The translations under genes were made by a program, and so were the position numbers. Shown one piece after another: positions 49,876 to 59,333 of a DNA stretch of 64,000 nucleotides. Each line of letters begins with the position of its first letter. Positions within the stretch are counted from its first letter, which is position 1. This DNA comes from Gammaproteobacteria bacterium (GTDB lineage: Bacteria > Pseudomonadota > Gammaproteobacteria > Steroidobacterales > Foliamicaceae), in the NCBI GenBank assembly GCA_028285945.1, contig JAPYNE010000010.1, positions 1,057-65,056 of the forward strand, given 5' to 3'. Under the pieces are notes generated by a model. The model was given only the letters and a program-made list of their open reading frames with translations, made no database searches and was not told the DNA's origin.

Positions 49876-50463
49876 CTACGGTGCGAGCGCCTGGGCGAGC
49901 GAAGCCAGGCGGCGGCCGAGCGCCTCGGCAAGCGTTTTCTCCTCTCCTGTAAGGCCGTTTTCGCTGGCGCGCTCCACATGGGATGCACCGTAGGGAGAGC
50001 CGCCCGATAGGGTCTTGCGCAGCTCCGGTTCGGTGTAGGGGATGCCGGCCAGCACCATGCCGTGATGCAACAGCGGCACCGCCAGTGATAGCAACGTGGC
50101 CTCCTGGCCGCCGTGCATGCTGTTGGACGACGTGAACACCGCTGCGGGCTTGCTGGCCAGCGCGCCAGACACCCATTCGGCGGCCAGACCGTCGAGAAAA
50201 TGCTGAATCGGGGCGCTTGGAGCCCCGAAGCGCGTGGGGCTGCCCAGCGCCAAGCCGCCGCAATCGCGAAGATCGTCTTTGGCGACATAGGGCGCTCCGC
50301 TGTCCGGCACTGCGGGCAGGCTCTGGCTGGACTGCGCGGCCACCGGCGGAGCGGCGCGCAGCACGGCCTCGCAGCCGGATGTCATCTCGATGCCGCGGCC
50401 GATGGCGCGCGCCAACGCCTCCGTGGCGCCCTTCACCGAGTAATACACCACCAGAATCTTCAT
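49876..50463 (-). CDS. wrbA: NAD(P)H:quinone oxidoreductase, WrbA-type flavodoxin-like protein
   Basis: MKILVVYYSVKGATEALA..., GSPTRFG, and of WrbA length. Confidence 0.8.
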   Translation of the reverse strand: MKILVVYYSVKGATEALARAIGRGIEMTSGCEAVLRAAPPVAAQSSQSLPAVPDSGAPYVAKDDLRDCGGLALGSPTRFGAPSAPIQHFLDGLAAEWVSGALASKPAAVFTSSNSMHGGQEATLLSLAVPLLHHGMVLAGIPYTEPELRKTLSGGSPYGASHVERASENGLTGEEKTLAEALGRRLASLAQALAP

Positions 50464-50519
50464 TCCACGATCCACCTTCGGGGCATTCTAACGCGGCCGG
50501 AACAGGTAAAATATCGGTG

Positions 50520-50804
50520 ATGACCGAGGAAATCTGCCGCCGATACATCGTGTCCGGGCGCGTTCAGGGCGTGTTCTTCCGCGCCAGCACGGCCAGCATG
50601 GCCCACCGTCTCGGGATCAGAGGCAGTGCAACAAACATGAACGACGGCACGGTCATGGTGCTGGCGCTGGGTCAGGCCCAGGCGGTGGAACAGCTTGGCG
50701 AGTGGCTGCATCAGGGGCCGCCGTCGGCGCGCGTGGAGCAAGTTCAGGTGAGCCAGGAACAGGCGCAGGACTGGGCCCACCTGGCCGATTTCCGAACCGC
50801 CTGA
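50520..50804 (+). CDS. acyP: Acylphosphatase
   Basis: VSGRVQGVFFRAST...G.A.N..DG.V matches the acylphosphatase signature. 94 aa. Confidence 0.85.
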   Translation: MTEEICRRYIVSGRVQGVFFRASTASMAHRLGIRGSATNMNDGTVMVLALGQAQAVEQLGEWLHQGPPSARVEQVQVSQEQAQDWAHLADFRTA

Positions 50805-50880
50805 CGCCCCCCGCGCAAACAGGCGGAACCGAAACGCCCTAGCCCGCATAGGCTTGCTGCGCCATAGGCACGGCTACGCC

Positions 50881-52584
50881 TTAAGCACACAGCTGAAGCC
50901 ATTCCCCGCCCCCCTTTTCCGGGAGTATCGGAGGCAGGGTGAGCGCCGATGTCCCGGCGCGAACGAAGCAAGCTACGAGGCCGCGCGCGCTCACCACCAC
51001 CCGGTGCGGAATGCCGATGAGGTCGGCATCCGCCAGCTTCACGCCGGGGCTGGCGTCGCGATCGTCGAACAGCACCTCCACGCCCTGCGAACGCAGCGAA
51101 TCGTGCAGCTGCTCCGCGGTGGCGCGCACGTTCTCGTCGCGGGCGGCATTCAGCGCCACCAGGACCACGCTGAAAGGCGCCATCGCTTCCGGCCAGATGA
51201 TGCCGCGCTCGTCGTGGTTCTGCTCGATGGCCGCCGCCACCGTTCGCGTCACGCCCAGGCCGTAGCAGCCCATCTGCATGTGCCGCTCGGCGCCGTTCTC
51301 GTCCAAGACCGCGGCGTTCATGCAGCGGCTGTACTTGTCGCCTAGTTGGAAGATATGGCCCACTTCGATGCCCCGGGCAATCTCCAGCGTTCCGCCGCCG
51401 CCCGGGCTCAAATCGCCCTCCACCGCGTTACGCAAATCGGCCGTTTCCGGTTCCGGCAGGTCGCGCCCCCAGTTCACGTCCACTAAGTGCTTGTCGCGGC
51501 GGTTGGCGCCGCACACGAAATTGGCGCGGTGGGCTGCGGCATGGTCCACGTAGGTTTTCACGCGCAGCCCCACGGGGCCTAGGAAACCCGGCGGGCAGCT
51601 CGCCGCCTGGGCCACCTCCTGCGCGTTGGCCAGTTGCAGGGGTTTGGCGACTTCCGGCAGGGCGGTGGCCTTCAGTTCGTTCACTTCATGCTGGCCGCAA
51701 AGCACCAGCGCCGCCACGCCGCCGCCCTCGGCCTTCACCAGCAGCGTCTTGAGGCAGTCCTCCGCCGGCCGGTCGAGGTGCGCCGCGACTTGGCGGATGG
51801 TCCGCATGCCCGGCGTGTGCGCCTCGCTCATGGCCGCGCCCGGCGCCGCGCGTTCCCCTTCGGGCGGCAGCGCCGGCGCCAGCTCCAGGTTGGCGGCGAA
51901 ATCGTCCCCGTCGCACCAAGCGATGAGGTCTTCGCCGGAATCCGCGAGCACATGGAACTCCTGCGACCTCGACCCGCCGATTTCGCCCGAATCCGCCTGC
52001 ACCACCCGGTACTTCAGGCCCAGGCGCTCGAACACCCGTTTATAGGCTTCGCGGTAGTGGCCGTACACCTCGCGCAGGGACTCTTCGCCCAAGTGGAAGG
52101 AGTAGGCGTCCTTCATAAGGAATTCCCGCGACCGCATCACGCCGAAGCGCGGGCGGATTTCGTCGCGGAACTTGGTCTGCACCTGGAAGAAGCTGACCGG
52201 CAGCTGCCGGTAGCTCTTCAGTTCGCGGCGCGCGATGTCGGTGACGACCTCTTCGTGCGTGGGGCCGAAGCAGTACTCGCGCTCGCCGCGGTCGCGCATC
52301 TTCAGCAGCAGGTCGCCGTAGTCCTGCCAGCGACCGCTCTCGCGCCACAGCTCGGCCGGATGGACCGCGGGCATCAGCAATTCATGCGCTCCGATCCGCT
52401 CCATTTCCTCGCGGGTGACGCGCTCCACGATGCGCGCCACGCGCCAGCCCATCGGCATCCAAGTGAACAGGCCCGATGCCAGCCGCCGCACCATTCCGGA
52501 GCGCAGCATCAGGCGGTGGCTTACGATCTCGGCTTCCGCCGGGGTCTCCCGCAGGGTGGCTATGGGCAGCTTGGAAAGGCGCAT
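50881..52584 (-). CDS. proS: Proline--tRNA ligase
   Basis: MRLSKLPIATLRETPAEAEIVSHRLMLRSGMVRRLASGLFTWMP..., class II motif 2 FRDEIRPRFGVMRSREFLMKDAYSF, and motif 3 GCYGLGVTR. The start is the ATG at 52584. The 235-codon upstream extension of the ORF is rejected. Confidence 0.95.
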   Translation of the reverse strand: MRLSKLPIATLRETPAEAEIVSHRLMLRSGMVRRLASGLFTWMPMGWRVARIVERVTREEMERIGAHELLMPAVHPAELWRESGRWQDYGDLLLKMRDRGEREYCFGPTHEEVVTDIARRELKSYRQLPVSFFQVQTKFRDEIRPRFGVMRSREFLMKDAYSFHLGEESLREVYGHYREAYKRVFERLGLKYRVVQADSGEIGGSRSQEFHVLADSGEDLIAWCDGDDFAANLELAPALPPEGERAAPGAAMSEAHTPGMRTIRQVAAHLDRPAEDCLKTLLVKAEGGGVAALVLCGQHEVNELKATALPEVAKPLQLANAQEVAQAASCPPGFLGPVGLRVKTYVDHAAAHRANFVCGANRRDKHLVDVNWGRDLPEPETADLRNAVEGDLSPGGGGTLEIARGIEVGHIFQLGDKYSRCMNAAVLDENGAERHMQMGCYGLGVTRTVAAAIEQNHDERGIIWPEAMAPFSVVLVALNAARDENVRATAEQLHDSLRSQGVEVLFDDRDASPGVKLADADLIGIPHRVVVSARGLVACFVRAGTSALTLPPILPEKGGGEWLQLCA

Positions 52585-52641
52585 GGTGAGGTCCGGGATC
52601 GCAAGCGGCAATTGTAGAGGAACGCGCCCAAGCGCGCTTGC

Positions 52642-53481
52642 TTGCGCCGGCGGCCCAAACCGGCTTGTGGCACACTTGCCTGCGTGGAGGCCAATCGCCG
52701 CAAAATCGAAAGGGGCAGGGATAACATCCGCAAGCGCGGGATTTATCTTTTCCCCAACCTGCTTACCAGCGCTGCGCTTTTCGCCGGGTTCTACGCCATC
52801 GTTGCGGGGGCGGACGGCGAGTTCGCGCGGGCCGCAGTATCGCTGTACGTGGCCATGATCCTGGACGCGCTGGACGGTCGGGTGGCCCGCCTCACGGGCA
52901 CGGAAACCGAGTTCGGGCGGCAGTACGATTCGCTTTCCGACGTGATCGCCTTCGGCTTGGCGCCAGCCGTGGTCACGTACCAGTGGGGCCTCAAGTACAT
53001 GGGGGACTACGGCTGGGTCTGGGACAAGATCGGATGGGTGATCGCTTTTCTCTTCGCTGTGGGAACGGCCCTGCGCCTGGCGCGCTACACGGCGCGCGGC
53101 TCCACTAGCAGCAAGAACTATTTCGAGGGTCTGCCGTGTCCGGCGGCCGCGGGATTCGTGGCCGGGTTCGTGTGGCTGGCGGCGGATTTCCAGTGGAGCG
53201 GGCTGCCGGTGCTGATGCTCTCCGGACTCGTGACGCTGGCGGCGGCGGTGCTGATGTGTGTGCGCATCGCCTATCCCAGCTTCAAGCACTTTGCTGCCAA
53301 CCGCCGATTGCGCTTTACCCAGATGGCGGCGATCCCGGTGTGTTTTGCGCTGATCGCGCTGGACCCGCCGCGCATGCTCTTTACGCTGTTCGGCGTTTAT
53401 GTGGGGCTGGGCCCGGGCCTTTTGCTGTGGCGCTGGATATACAAGAGCCGCCGCGCCCGGCTAACCGAGGCAGCCGACTGA
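52642..53481 (+). CDS. pssA: CDP-diacylglycerol--serine O-phosphatidyltransferase
   Basis: CDP-alcohol phosphatidyltransferase motif DALDGRVARLTGTETEFGRQYDSLSDVIAFG. Multiple TM helices. Confidence 0.85.
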   Translation: MRRRPKPACGTLACVEANRRKIERGRDNIRKRGIYLFPNLLTSAALFAGFYAIVAGADGEFARAAVSLYVAMILDALDGRVARLTGTETEFGRQYDSLSDVIAFGLAPAVVTYQWGLKYMGDYGWVWDKIGWVIAFLFAVGTALRLARYTARGSTSSKNYFEGLPCPAAAGFVAGFVWLAADFQWSGLPVLMLSGLVTLAAAVLMCVRIAYPSFKHFAANRRLRFTQMAAIPVCFALIALDPPRMLFTLFGVYVGLGPGLLLWRWIYKSRRARLTEAAD

Positions 53482-53482
53482 A

Positions 53483-54307
53483 ATGAGCCGGTCGCCGAGC
53501 GGCTTGAGCACCGCGCAGCGCGACCTGCTCCATCTGATGGATGTGCGCGTATGGAAGCGGCGCCCGCCCGAGGAGCCCGCCGCCCATGCCGAGCCGCCGC
53601 CGCTGGCGCCGCCCGCAATATCCGGCGGATTCTCTGCCCATGCCGAATCCGCCGAGCGGAGCGCGCCGCCTGCGGCTGCGCCCTCCGCCTCGCCGCCTTC
53701 GCCCCCCGCCTCGCCGCTTGCGGCTGCGGCGGGCCCGCCCGAGCTGGAGGCGCTGAAAAGCACAGTGGCGGCATGCACGGCCTGTCCGCTGCATTCCGGC
53801 CGCCGGCAGACAGTGTTCGGCGTGGGCAACCCGAACGCCGAGTGGATGTTCGTGGGCGAAGGCCCGGGCGAAGAGGAGGACCGTCGCGGCGAACCCTTCG
53901 TGGGCCGTGCTGGCAAGCTGCTGGACAACATGCTGCGCGCCATGGAACTCGACCGCGCCACGGTGTACATCGCCAATATCGTGAAGTGCCGCCCGCCCGG
54001 CAACCGCAACCCCAGCCCTGAGGAAGCGGCGGCCTGCATCCCCTACCTGCACCGCCAGATCGAACTGATCGGGCCGCGCCTGATCGTGGCCCTAGGCGCG
54101 GTGGCGGCCCAGCGCCTGCTGGACACCGACCAGCCGGTGGGCGCGCTGCGCGGGGCACTCAGGCGCTCGGCGGCGTTGGACCGCCCGGTGCTGGCCACCT
54201 ACCACCCCGCCTACCTGTTGCGGTCTCCCGGCCAGAAACGCAAGGCCTGGGACGACCTGCAACTGGCGATGCGGGAAATGGAGGCGTTGCGGGCGGGCGG
54301 CGGGTGA
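53483..54307 (+). CDS. Family 4 uracil-DNA glycosylase with a Pro/Ala-rich N-terminal extension
   Basis: CTACPLH (Fe-S Cys), motif A FVGEGPGEEED, VKCRPPGNRNP, and motif B HPAYLLRSP. Confidence 0.85.
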   Translation: MSRSPSGLSTAQRDLLHLMDVRVWKRRPPEEPAAHAEPPPLAPPAISGGFSAHAESAERSAPPAAAPSASPPSPPASPLAAAAGPPELEALKSTVAACTACPLHSGRRQTVFGVGNPNAEWMFVGEGPGEEEDRRGEPFVGRAGKLLDNMLRAMELDRATVYIANIVKCRPPGNRNPSPEEAAACIPYLHRQIELIGPRLIVALGAVAAQRLLDTDQPVGALRGALRRSAALDRPVLATYHPAYLLRSPGQKRKAWDDLQLAMREMEALRAGGG

Positions 54308-54383
54308 ACCCGCATATTGCGCCAAGGGGGGCGGAGGCCGCGCGGGATTTTGCCCGTCTGCGCGTGCTTGCGAGCGGAGGCGT

Positions 54384-55658
54384 ATGCGGGTGAAGGCCTT
54401 AAGGAAAATCCGTTTCGCATGGCTCGGGGCCGTGTCCGGCCAGGCGTGGCGCTGGGCCCTGTACGACTGGGCTAATTCGGCCTTTGCCCTGATCGTGATG
54501 ACCTCGTTTGTGCCGCTTCTGCTGCGCGAGCACTGGACTGGCGGCGAGGCTTCCACGGAAATCACGTTCCTTTGGGGCGCGGCCAACAGCGTCGCGGCTT
54601 TGCTGCTGGCGGTTGCCGCGCCGATTCTGGGCGCGCTCGCCGACCACGGCGGGGATCGTCGGCGCTTCCTCGCGATATGCATCGCGTCCGGCGCGATTTG
54701 CACCCTGCTGCTGGCGCTGCCCGGCAGTGGCGGCTGGCTGTGGGGCTTGGCGCTGTTCGTGATGGCCTGGCTGGGCTATTCCGCCGCCAACGTGTTCTAC
54801 GACGCGCTGCTGGTGGAGGTGACGGAACCGAAGCAATACGACCTGGTGTCCTCGCTGGGCTTCTCGCTCGGCTATATCGGCAGCGCCCTGCTGTTTACCT
54901 TGTGCGCGCTGGTGGCAGTGGATCCGCAACGCTTCGGCCTGGCTTCGGGCATTCAGGCCATGCAGATCAGCATGCTGCTGGTGGGCGTGTGGTGGATCCT
55001 TTTTTCCATTCCGCTGCTGCGCGGCGGCGCCCGTGCGGCGCCGCCGGCCCGCCGGACAGGCTTGGGGGCAGTCTGGCGCCGGCTGGGCAACACCCTGCGC
55101 GAGGCGCGTCGCCATCGGCAGTTGTGGCTGTTTCTGCTGGCCTACTTCCTGTATATCGACGGAGTCCACACGATCATCAAGATGGCCGTGGATTTCGGGG
55201 CCGCGATCAACCTGCCGCCTTCCCACTTGGTGCTGGCTATCCTAGTGACCAACTATCTGGGGTTTCCGGCCACCCTTGCATTCGGATTTGCGGGACGGCG
55301 CTTCGGTCCGCGCCGCTGCATCTACGTGGCGCTGGCAATCTACTGCGTCGTGACCTTTCTCGCCAGCATGGCCAGCCAAACTTGGCATTTCTACCTGCTG
55401 GCGGCCATGATCGGCCTGGCCCAAGGCGGCGTGCAGAGCCTGAGCCGCTCACTGTTCGCGCGTCTGGCGCCGCCGGAGAAAACCGCCGAGATGTTCGGCT
55501 TTTACAACATGTTCGGCCGCTTCGCCGCCATTCTCGGGCCGATCCTGGTGGGATACACCTCCCTGGTGCTGGACAGCCAGCGCCTCGGCGTGCTCGCCAT
55601 CCTAGTGCTCCTCATAGCCGGCTTCGCCCTCCTCACCTGCATCGAACAAACCCGGTAA
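54384..55658 (+). CDS. MFS transporter (UMF1/Atg22-like)
   Basis: The N-terminal WALYDWANSAF motif is typical of the UMF1 family. About 12 TM segments. Confidence 0.75.
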   Translation: MRVKALRKIRFAWLGAVSGQAWRWALYDWANSAFALIVMTSFVPLLLREHWTGGEASTEITFLWGAANSVAALLLAVAAPILGALADHGGDRRRFLAICIASGAICTLLLALPGSGGWLWGLALFVMAWLGYSAANVFYDALLVEVTEPKQYDLVSSLGFSLGYIGSALLFTLCALVAVDPQRFGLASGIQAMQISMLLVGVWWILFSIPLLRGGARAAPPARRTGLGAVWRRLGNTLREARRHRQLWLFLLAYFLYIDGVHTIIKMAVDFGAAINLPPSHLVLAILVTNYLGFPATLAFGFAGRRFGPRRCIYVALAIYCVVTFLASMASQTWHFYLLAAMIGLAQGGVQSLSRSLFARLAPPEKTAEMFGFYNMFGRFAAILGPILVGYTSLVLDSQRLGVLAILVLLIAGFALLTCIEQTR

Positions 55659-55822
55659 CGAGGGAACGATCACTCAAGCCCCCGGAAGTCAGGCCCGCCC
55701 GGCAGCACTTGACCGGCAGTTGGCCAGAGTCTAAATTAGCGCAAAACAATAATAATTCGGGCAGATAACCCGTGCCTGCGGTTTATTTGTTATGTGCAAA
55801 GTTTACGTTTTGGAGGCTCTTG

Positions 55823-57427
55823 ATGAAAAAGAGCATTATTGCAGTTTCAGTCATTGTTCTTGTTGCGGTCGGCCTCGTTGCGCCGGCGGGTTACTTTGGC
55901 GAGGCGACTGAGAGGATACTCAGGGAACGGGTTGCGAACATGCCCTACGGCATTGAGGTGGAGATTGCCGAATACGAGCGCGGCTGGTTCTCTTCCACGG
56001 CGCGGCTCGAATGGGACCTGCTGGGGGAAGCGATTCCGCCCGAAGCGCTTGAGGAGGTGTCGGCCTCCGGCCTTCCGCCTATGCTGACGACGCTGATGTC
56101 CGGGCCGATTGCGGCGGACCTTGAAATTGCGCATGGCCCCGTGTTCTTCGCAGTGGGCCTTGGCGCAGGGCTGTTTAGCGCCCGCGGGCGCATTGCGCTG
56201 GGCGCCGGGGCGCCGGATGCCCCAAGCAATGATATTGAGGTTCTCCTGCGCTCTTTTTCCGGGCAAACCGTCCACAACCGCATCAAGGCGCCGCGTCTTT
56301 CACTGAATCTGGGCGAAGTGTCCGAGGGATCCCGGGGGACCGGCGTGGCGGTGGAGCTGGATGGCGTTTCGCTGGAATTGGAGGACTTGCTCATGGAAGG
56401 CGAGTGGGCTGGGCCCGGCTCCTTTCAGCTGCAGAACGCGGCGCTCGGGAGCTTGGAGATCATTGCCGCGGATGAAGGCGAGTCCATGCGCCTTGGCCTG
56501 ACGGACCTTGAGCAGAGCACTGAGTTTCCCAAGGGCATCGAGGAAGGCGCGCTGATCATGGACTCGAACTCGGTGTATTCGGTGGGGGAGTTGCGGCTTG
56601 AATCCACCGGCGGCGATACCATGCTGCATATGGCCGGCGGTGAGTCGCAAAGCGCCACAGCGTTGACCGACGAAGGCGTTTTTGTGGCTGAGAGCAGCGC
56701 GAGTTTCAACGTGCTGGACATCCTCGGGCATGAGTTTGCGCCCGCTCGCTTGGAGGCGAGCGTGGGCGGCCTCAGCGAGGAGGCGATCCTCATGCTGGCC
56801 GACGAGTTTGTCCGCGTTTCGGAAGCGGCGGAGGATGGCGGCGCGGCGGGAGGGCCAGCGGCGGGGATTGATGAGAACGGCCAGCCGACGCTGGTTGCCG
56901 GTCTTGCGCAGCCGACCCCCGAACTGCTGGAGGCCTTGCACCTGCTGCTGGCGGGCAGTCCGCACTTCAACCTGGACGCTACCCTGACCTATGGCGGCGA
57001 GCACCCCCTTGCCTTCACCCTTCAGCAGACGTTTGACGGTGAGCGTTTGCCCGCCACTGCGGCGGACCTCAACATTGAGTCATTCCTTGCCGGCGCCGAT
57101 CTGTTTGTGAGCATCGAGATGCCGATTGTGGCGGCGCGTGAACTGGCGGGAGAGCAGCTGCTTGACATGGGCCTGTCGCAGGGGCTGCTGCAAGAGCAGC
57201 GCGAGAACTACGTTTTCATCGCGTCACTGCGCAACGGCGAGCTCGAACTGAACGGGAATACGGTGCCCATGCCACTTGGCCCGGCATCTCCTCCGCCCGG
57301 CGAGGCGGATTCATTTTCTCCGTTCGGTGATCCCGGGGAATCACCGTTTGAGTTTGAGGGGCCTTCGCCCTTCGACGATCCGGGGCCTTCTCCGGTCGAA
57401 GAGGCGGCGGCGGATTCCTCGGACTGA
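55823..57427 (+). CDS. YdgA/DUF945-like secreted or anchored protein
   Basis: GGAGG lies upstream of the ATG at 55823. MKKSIIAVSVIVLVAVGLVAPAGYFG is an anchor, and ERGWFSSTARLEW resembles the DUF945 N-terminal motif (from memory). Acidic Pro-rich tail. Confidence 0.55.
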   Translation: MKKSIIAVSVIVLVAVGLVAPAGYFGEATERILRERVANMPYGIEVEIAEYERGWFSSTARLEWDLLGEAIPPEALEEVSASGLPPMLTTLMSGPIAADLEIAHGPVFFAVGLGAGLFSARGRIALGAGAPDAPSNDIEVLLRSFSGQTVHNRIKAPRLSLNLGEVSEGSRGTGVAVELDGVSLELEDLLMEGEWAGPGSFQLQNAALGSLEIIAADEGESMRLGLTDLEQSTEFPKGIEEGALIMDSNSVYSVGELRLESTGGDTMLHMAGGESQSATALTDEGVFVAESSASFNVLDILGHEFAPARLEASVGGLSEEAILMLADEFVRVSEAAEDGGAAGGPAAGIDENGQPTLVAGLAQPTPELLEALHLLLAGSPHFNLDATLTYGGEHPLAFTLQQTFDGERLPATAADLNIESFLAGADLFVSIEMPIVAARELAGEQLLDMGLSQGLLQEQRENYVFIASLRNGELELNGNTVPMPLGPASPPPGEADSFSPFGDPGESPFEFEGPSPFDDPGPSPVEEAAADSSD

Positions 57428-57481
57428 GCCGCCAAGCCGCTTTGAGAGCCGCTTTTGCCGGCGCGTTGGGCGGGCTTTGAA

Positions 57482-57518
57482 GCCACATTGAGAGCCTCTC
57501 AAAGGCTCTCAATGTGGC
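57482..57518 (+). terminator. Perfect 15-bp hairpin downstream of the ydgA-like gene
   Basis: gccacattgagagcc tctcaaa ggctctcaatgtggc. There is no strong U tract. Confidence 0.45.
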
Positions 57519-57702
57519 TCTCAAGGCTCCCAGGCTCCTAGGGGCGCAGCAGCTCGCACTCCGGCTGCACCGTGGTGTTGGTGGACGGCACGGCAATCCC
57601 GATGCGAAGCCGGTGGCCGTGGAAGTCGGTCGTGTGATTCTCCGGGGCCGCTGGGAATGCCGGGATTGTAATTGGCGGCGAAATCGTTGAGTATCCGTTG
57701 CC

Positions 57703-59046
57703 ATGCCTCCATCAGCCGATTCCTCCGGCGGCGTTTACCGGCTGCTCGGCTTCATTCCCCTGCGGCTCGAGGAGGGTGTGCGCAGCCGCCATGTGAACGC
57801 GCTGTACTTCGGTGCCTTCTTCTCCATTGGCCTGCTCACCTTCATCAACGTTCAGCAGGGCTACCTGTTCACCAATCTGGGCATTCCCGAAAGCGAGTGG
57901 GGCGGGGTGGCCGGCCGGCTTGTTCTGATCAACGAAATCGTGGTTCTGGCCACGGTGTACCTGCTGGGAACGCTGTCCGACCGGGTGGGGCGGCGCGTGG
58001 TGTACGCGCTGGGCTTCAGCATGGTGGGCATTTGCTATGTGCTCTACCCGATGGCCACGGCGGTCGAGCACCTGTACTTGGCGCGGCCCCTATTCGCGTT
58101 CGGCGCCGCGTGCATTTCGGCCATGCTGGCCTCGGTGATCAACGACTATCCGGACGAGGCCTCCCGCAGCCGATTCCAAGCGGTGGCCTTCATACTCAAC
58201 GGAATCGGCATCAGCGTGGTCAACGGGCTGGGCGGCCAGTTGATCGACTGGTACAAGGACTGGGGGCTGGAATCGGTGATGGTGGGCCGGGCCACGTTCT
58301 GGACCGCCGCCGGCACCTGCCTGGCGGTGGCCCTTGTGCTGATGATCTTCCTCAAGCCGGGGGCGCCGGCCCAGGTGTCGAAGCGGGAAGGACTGTTCAA
58401 GACCTGGGGCGTGGCCTGGCGCGCGGCGCGCAACCCCCGGGTGGCCCTGGCTTATGTGGGCGCGCTGGTCTCGCGGGGCGATCTGGCGGTGGTGAGCGTG
58501 TTCTACTCGCTTTGGCTGCGCCAGGTGGGCATTGAGCAGGGGCTGTCGAGCGAAGAGGCGCAGAAGCGCGCGATTCTGTTCTACATTGTGGCGCAGGCTT
58601 TTGCGGTGCCCTGGGCGGCCATCATGGCGCCGATACTCGACCGGATCGATCGCGTGGCGGGCATTGCCATCGCCATGTTCCTGGCCGCCTGCGGTTATCT
58701 CGCCATGCCGTTCTTCCCCGATCCCATCAGCAACTGGATGTTCCTCGGCGCGGCGCTGATCGGCATGGGCGAAATGTGCGCGCAGCTTTCGGCCATCGCG
58801 CTGATCGGCAAGGAGGCGCCCACCCGAGGCCGCGGCGCCGTGATCGGCCTGTTCAGCTTTTTCGGCGCTGTGGGGATCATGAGTTCCGGCGTCTTCGGCG
58901 GCTGGCTGTTCGATCACTGGGCGGCGTACGGACCGTTCGTGATGGTGGGCATCGGCAACGTGATCGTGTTTTTACTGGCCTTGATCCTGCTGCGGCGGGA
59001 GTCGCAGCGCCGCAAAGCGGCTGCCGGGGCGGCCTCACAGCCTTGA
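57703..59046 (+). CDS. MFS transporter (paralog of 60452-61819)
   Basis: About 12 TM segments. The loop motif LSDRVGRRVVYALG is MFS D-R-x-G-R-R. Confidence 0.85.
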   Translation: MPPSADSSGGVYRLLGFIPLRLEEGVRSRHVNALYFGAFFSIGLLTFINVQQGYLFTNLGIPESEWGGVAGRLVLINEIVVLATVYLLGTLSDRVGRRVVYALGFSMVGICYVLYPMATAVEHLYLARPLFAFGAACISAMLASVINDYPDEASRSRFQAVAFILNGIGISVVNGLGGQLIDWYKDWGLESVMVGRATFWTAAGTCLAVALVLMIFLKPGAPAQVSKREGLFKTWGVAWRAARNPRVALAYVGALVSRGDLAVVSVFYSLWLRQVGIEQGLSSEEAQKRAILFYIVAQAFAVPWAAIMAPILDRIDRVAGIAIAMFLAACGYLAMPFFPDPISNWMFLGAALIGMGEMCAQLSAIALIGKEAPTRGRGAVIGLFSFFGAVGIMSSGVFGGWLFDHWAAYGPFVMVGIGNVIVFLLALILLRRESQRRKAAAGAASQP

Positions 59047-59052
59047 AGCGCT

Positions 59053-59105
59053 ATCCCAAGTGCTTCGACGCGCCGGAAACCTATTCGCCCGACACACGCC
59101 CAGCC
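59053..59105 (+). pseudogene. Relic of the 3' end of a DUF1838-type gene
   Basis: atcccaagtgcttcgacgcgccggaaaccta... is nearly identical to 60253-60284 inside the intact gene. It translates YPKCFDAPETYSPDT versus HPKYFDAPETYDPET. Confidence 0.55.
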
Positions 59106-59333
59106 TCTCCGGCCCGGAGAGGCCCGCCATCGAGCAAACACCCGCGCCCCCGAAGCAGTGAACCTGAGCCCGGTCGCCGTCGTCCTTGGGCGCCATTCAA
59201 GCCCGCTGTTCGCAAGCCGTATGGCGCACAACGGCGATGTGCTGTTATTCTTGCCCGCCACGCGCCCGCAGCGGCAGGGTCCAACAGTTGAGGGAACTGG
59301 CCGCGGCAGGGCAGGGAACTTGGGAGCATCTGA

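Noticed and set aside
52585-53289. 235-codon N-terminal extension of the proS ORF
   Set aside because: ProS homology begins exactly at MRLSKLP (ATG at 52584). The extension is low-complexity and overlaps the pssA gene on the other strand.
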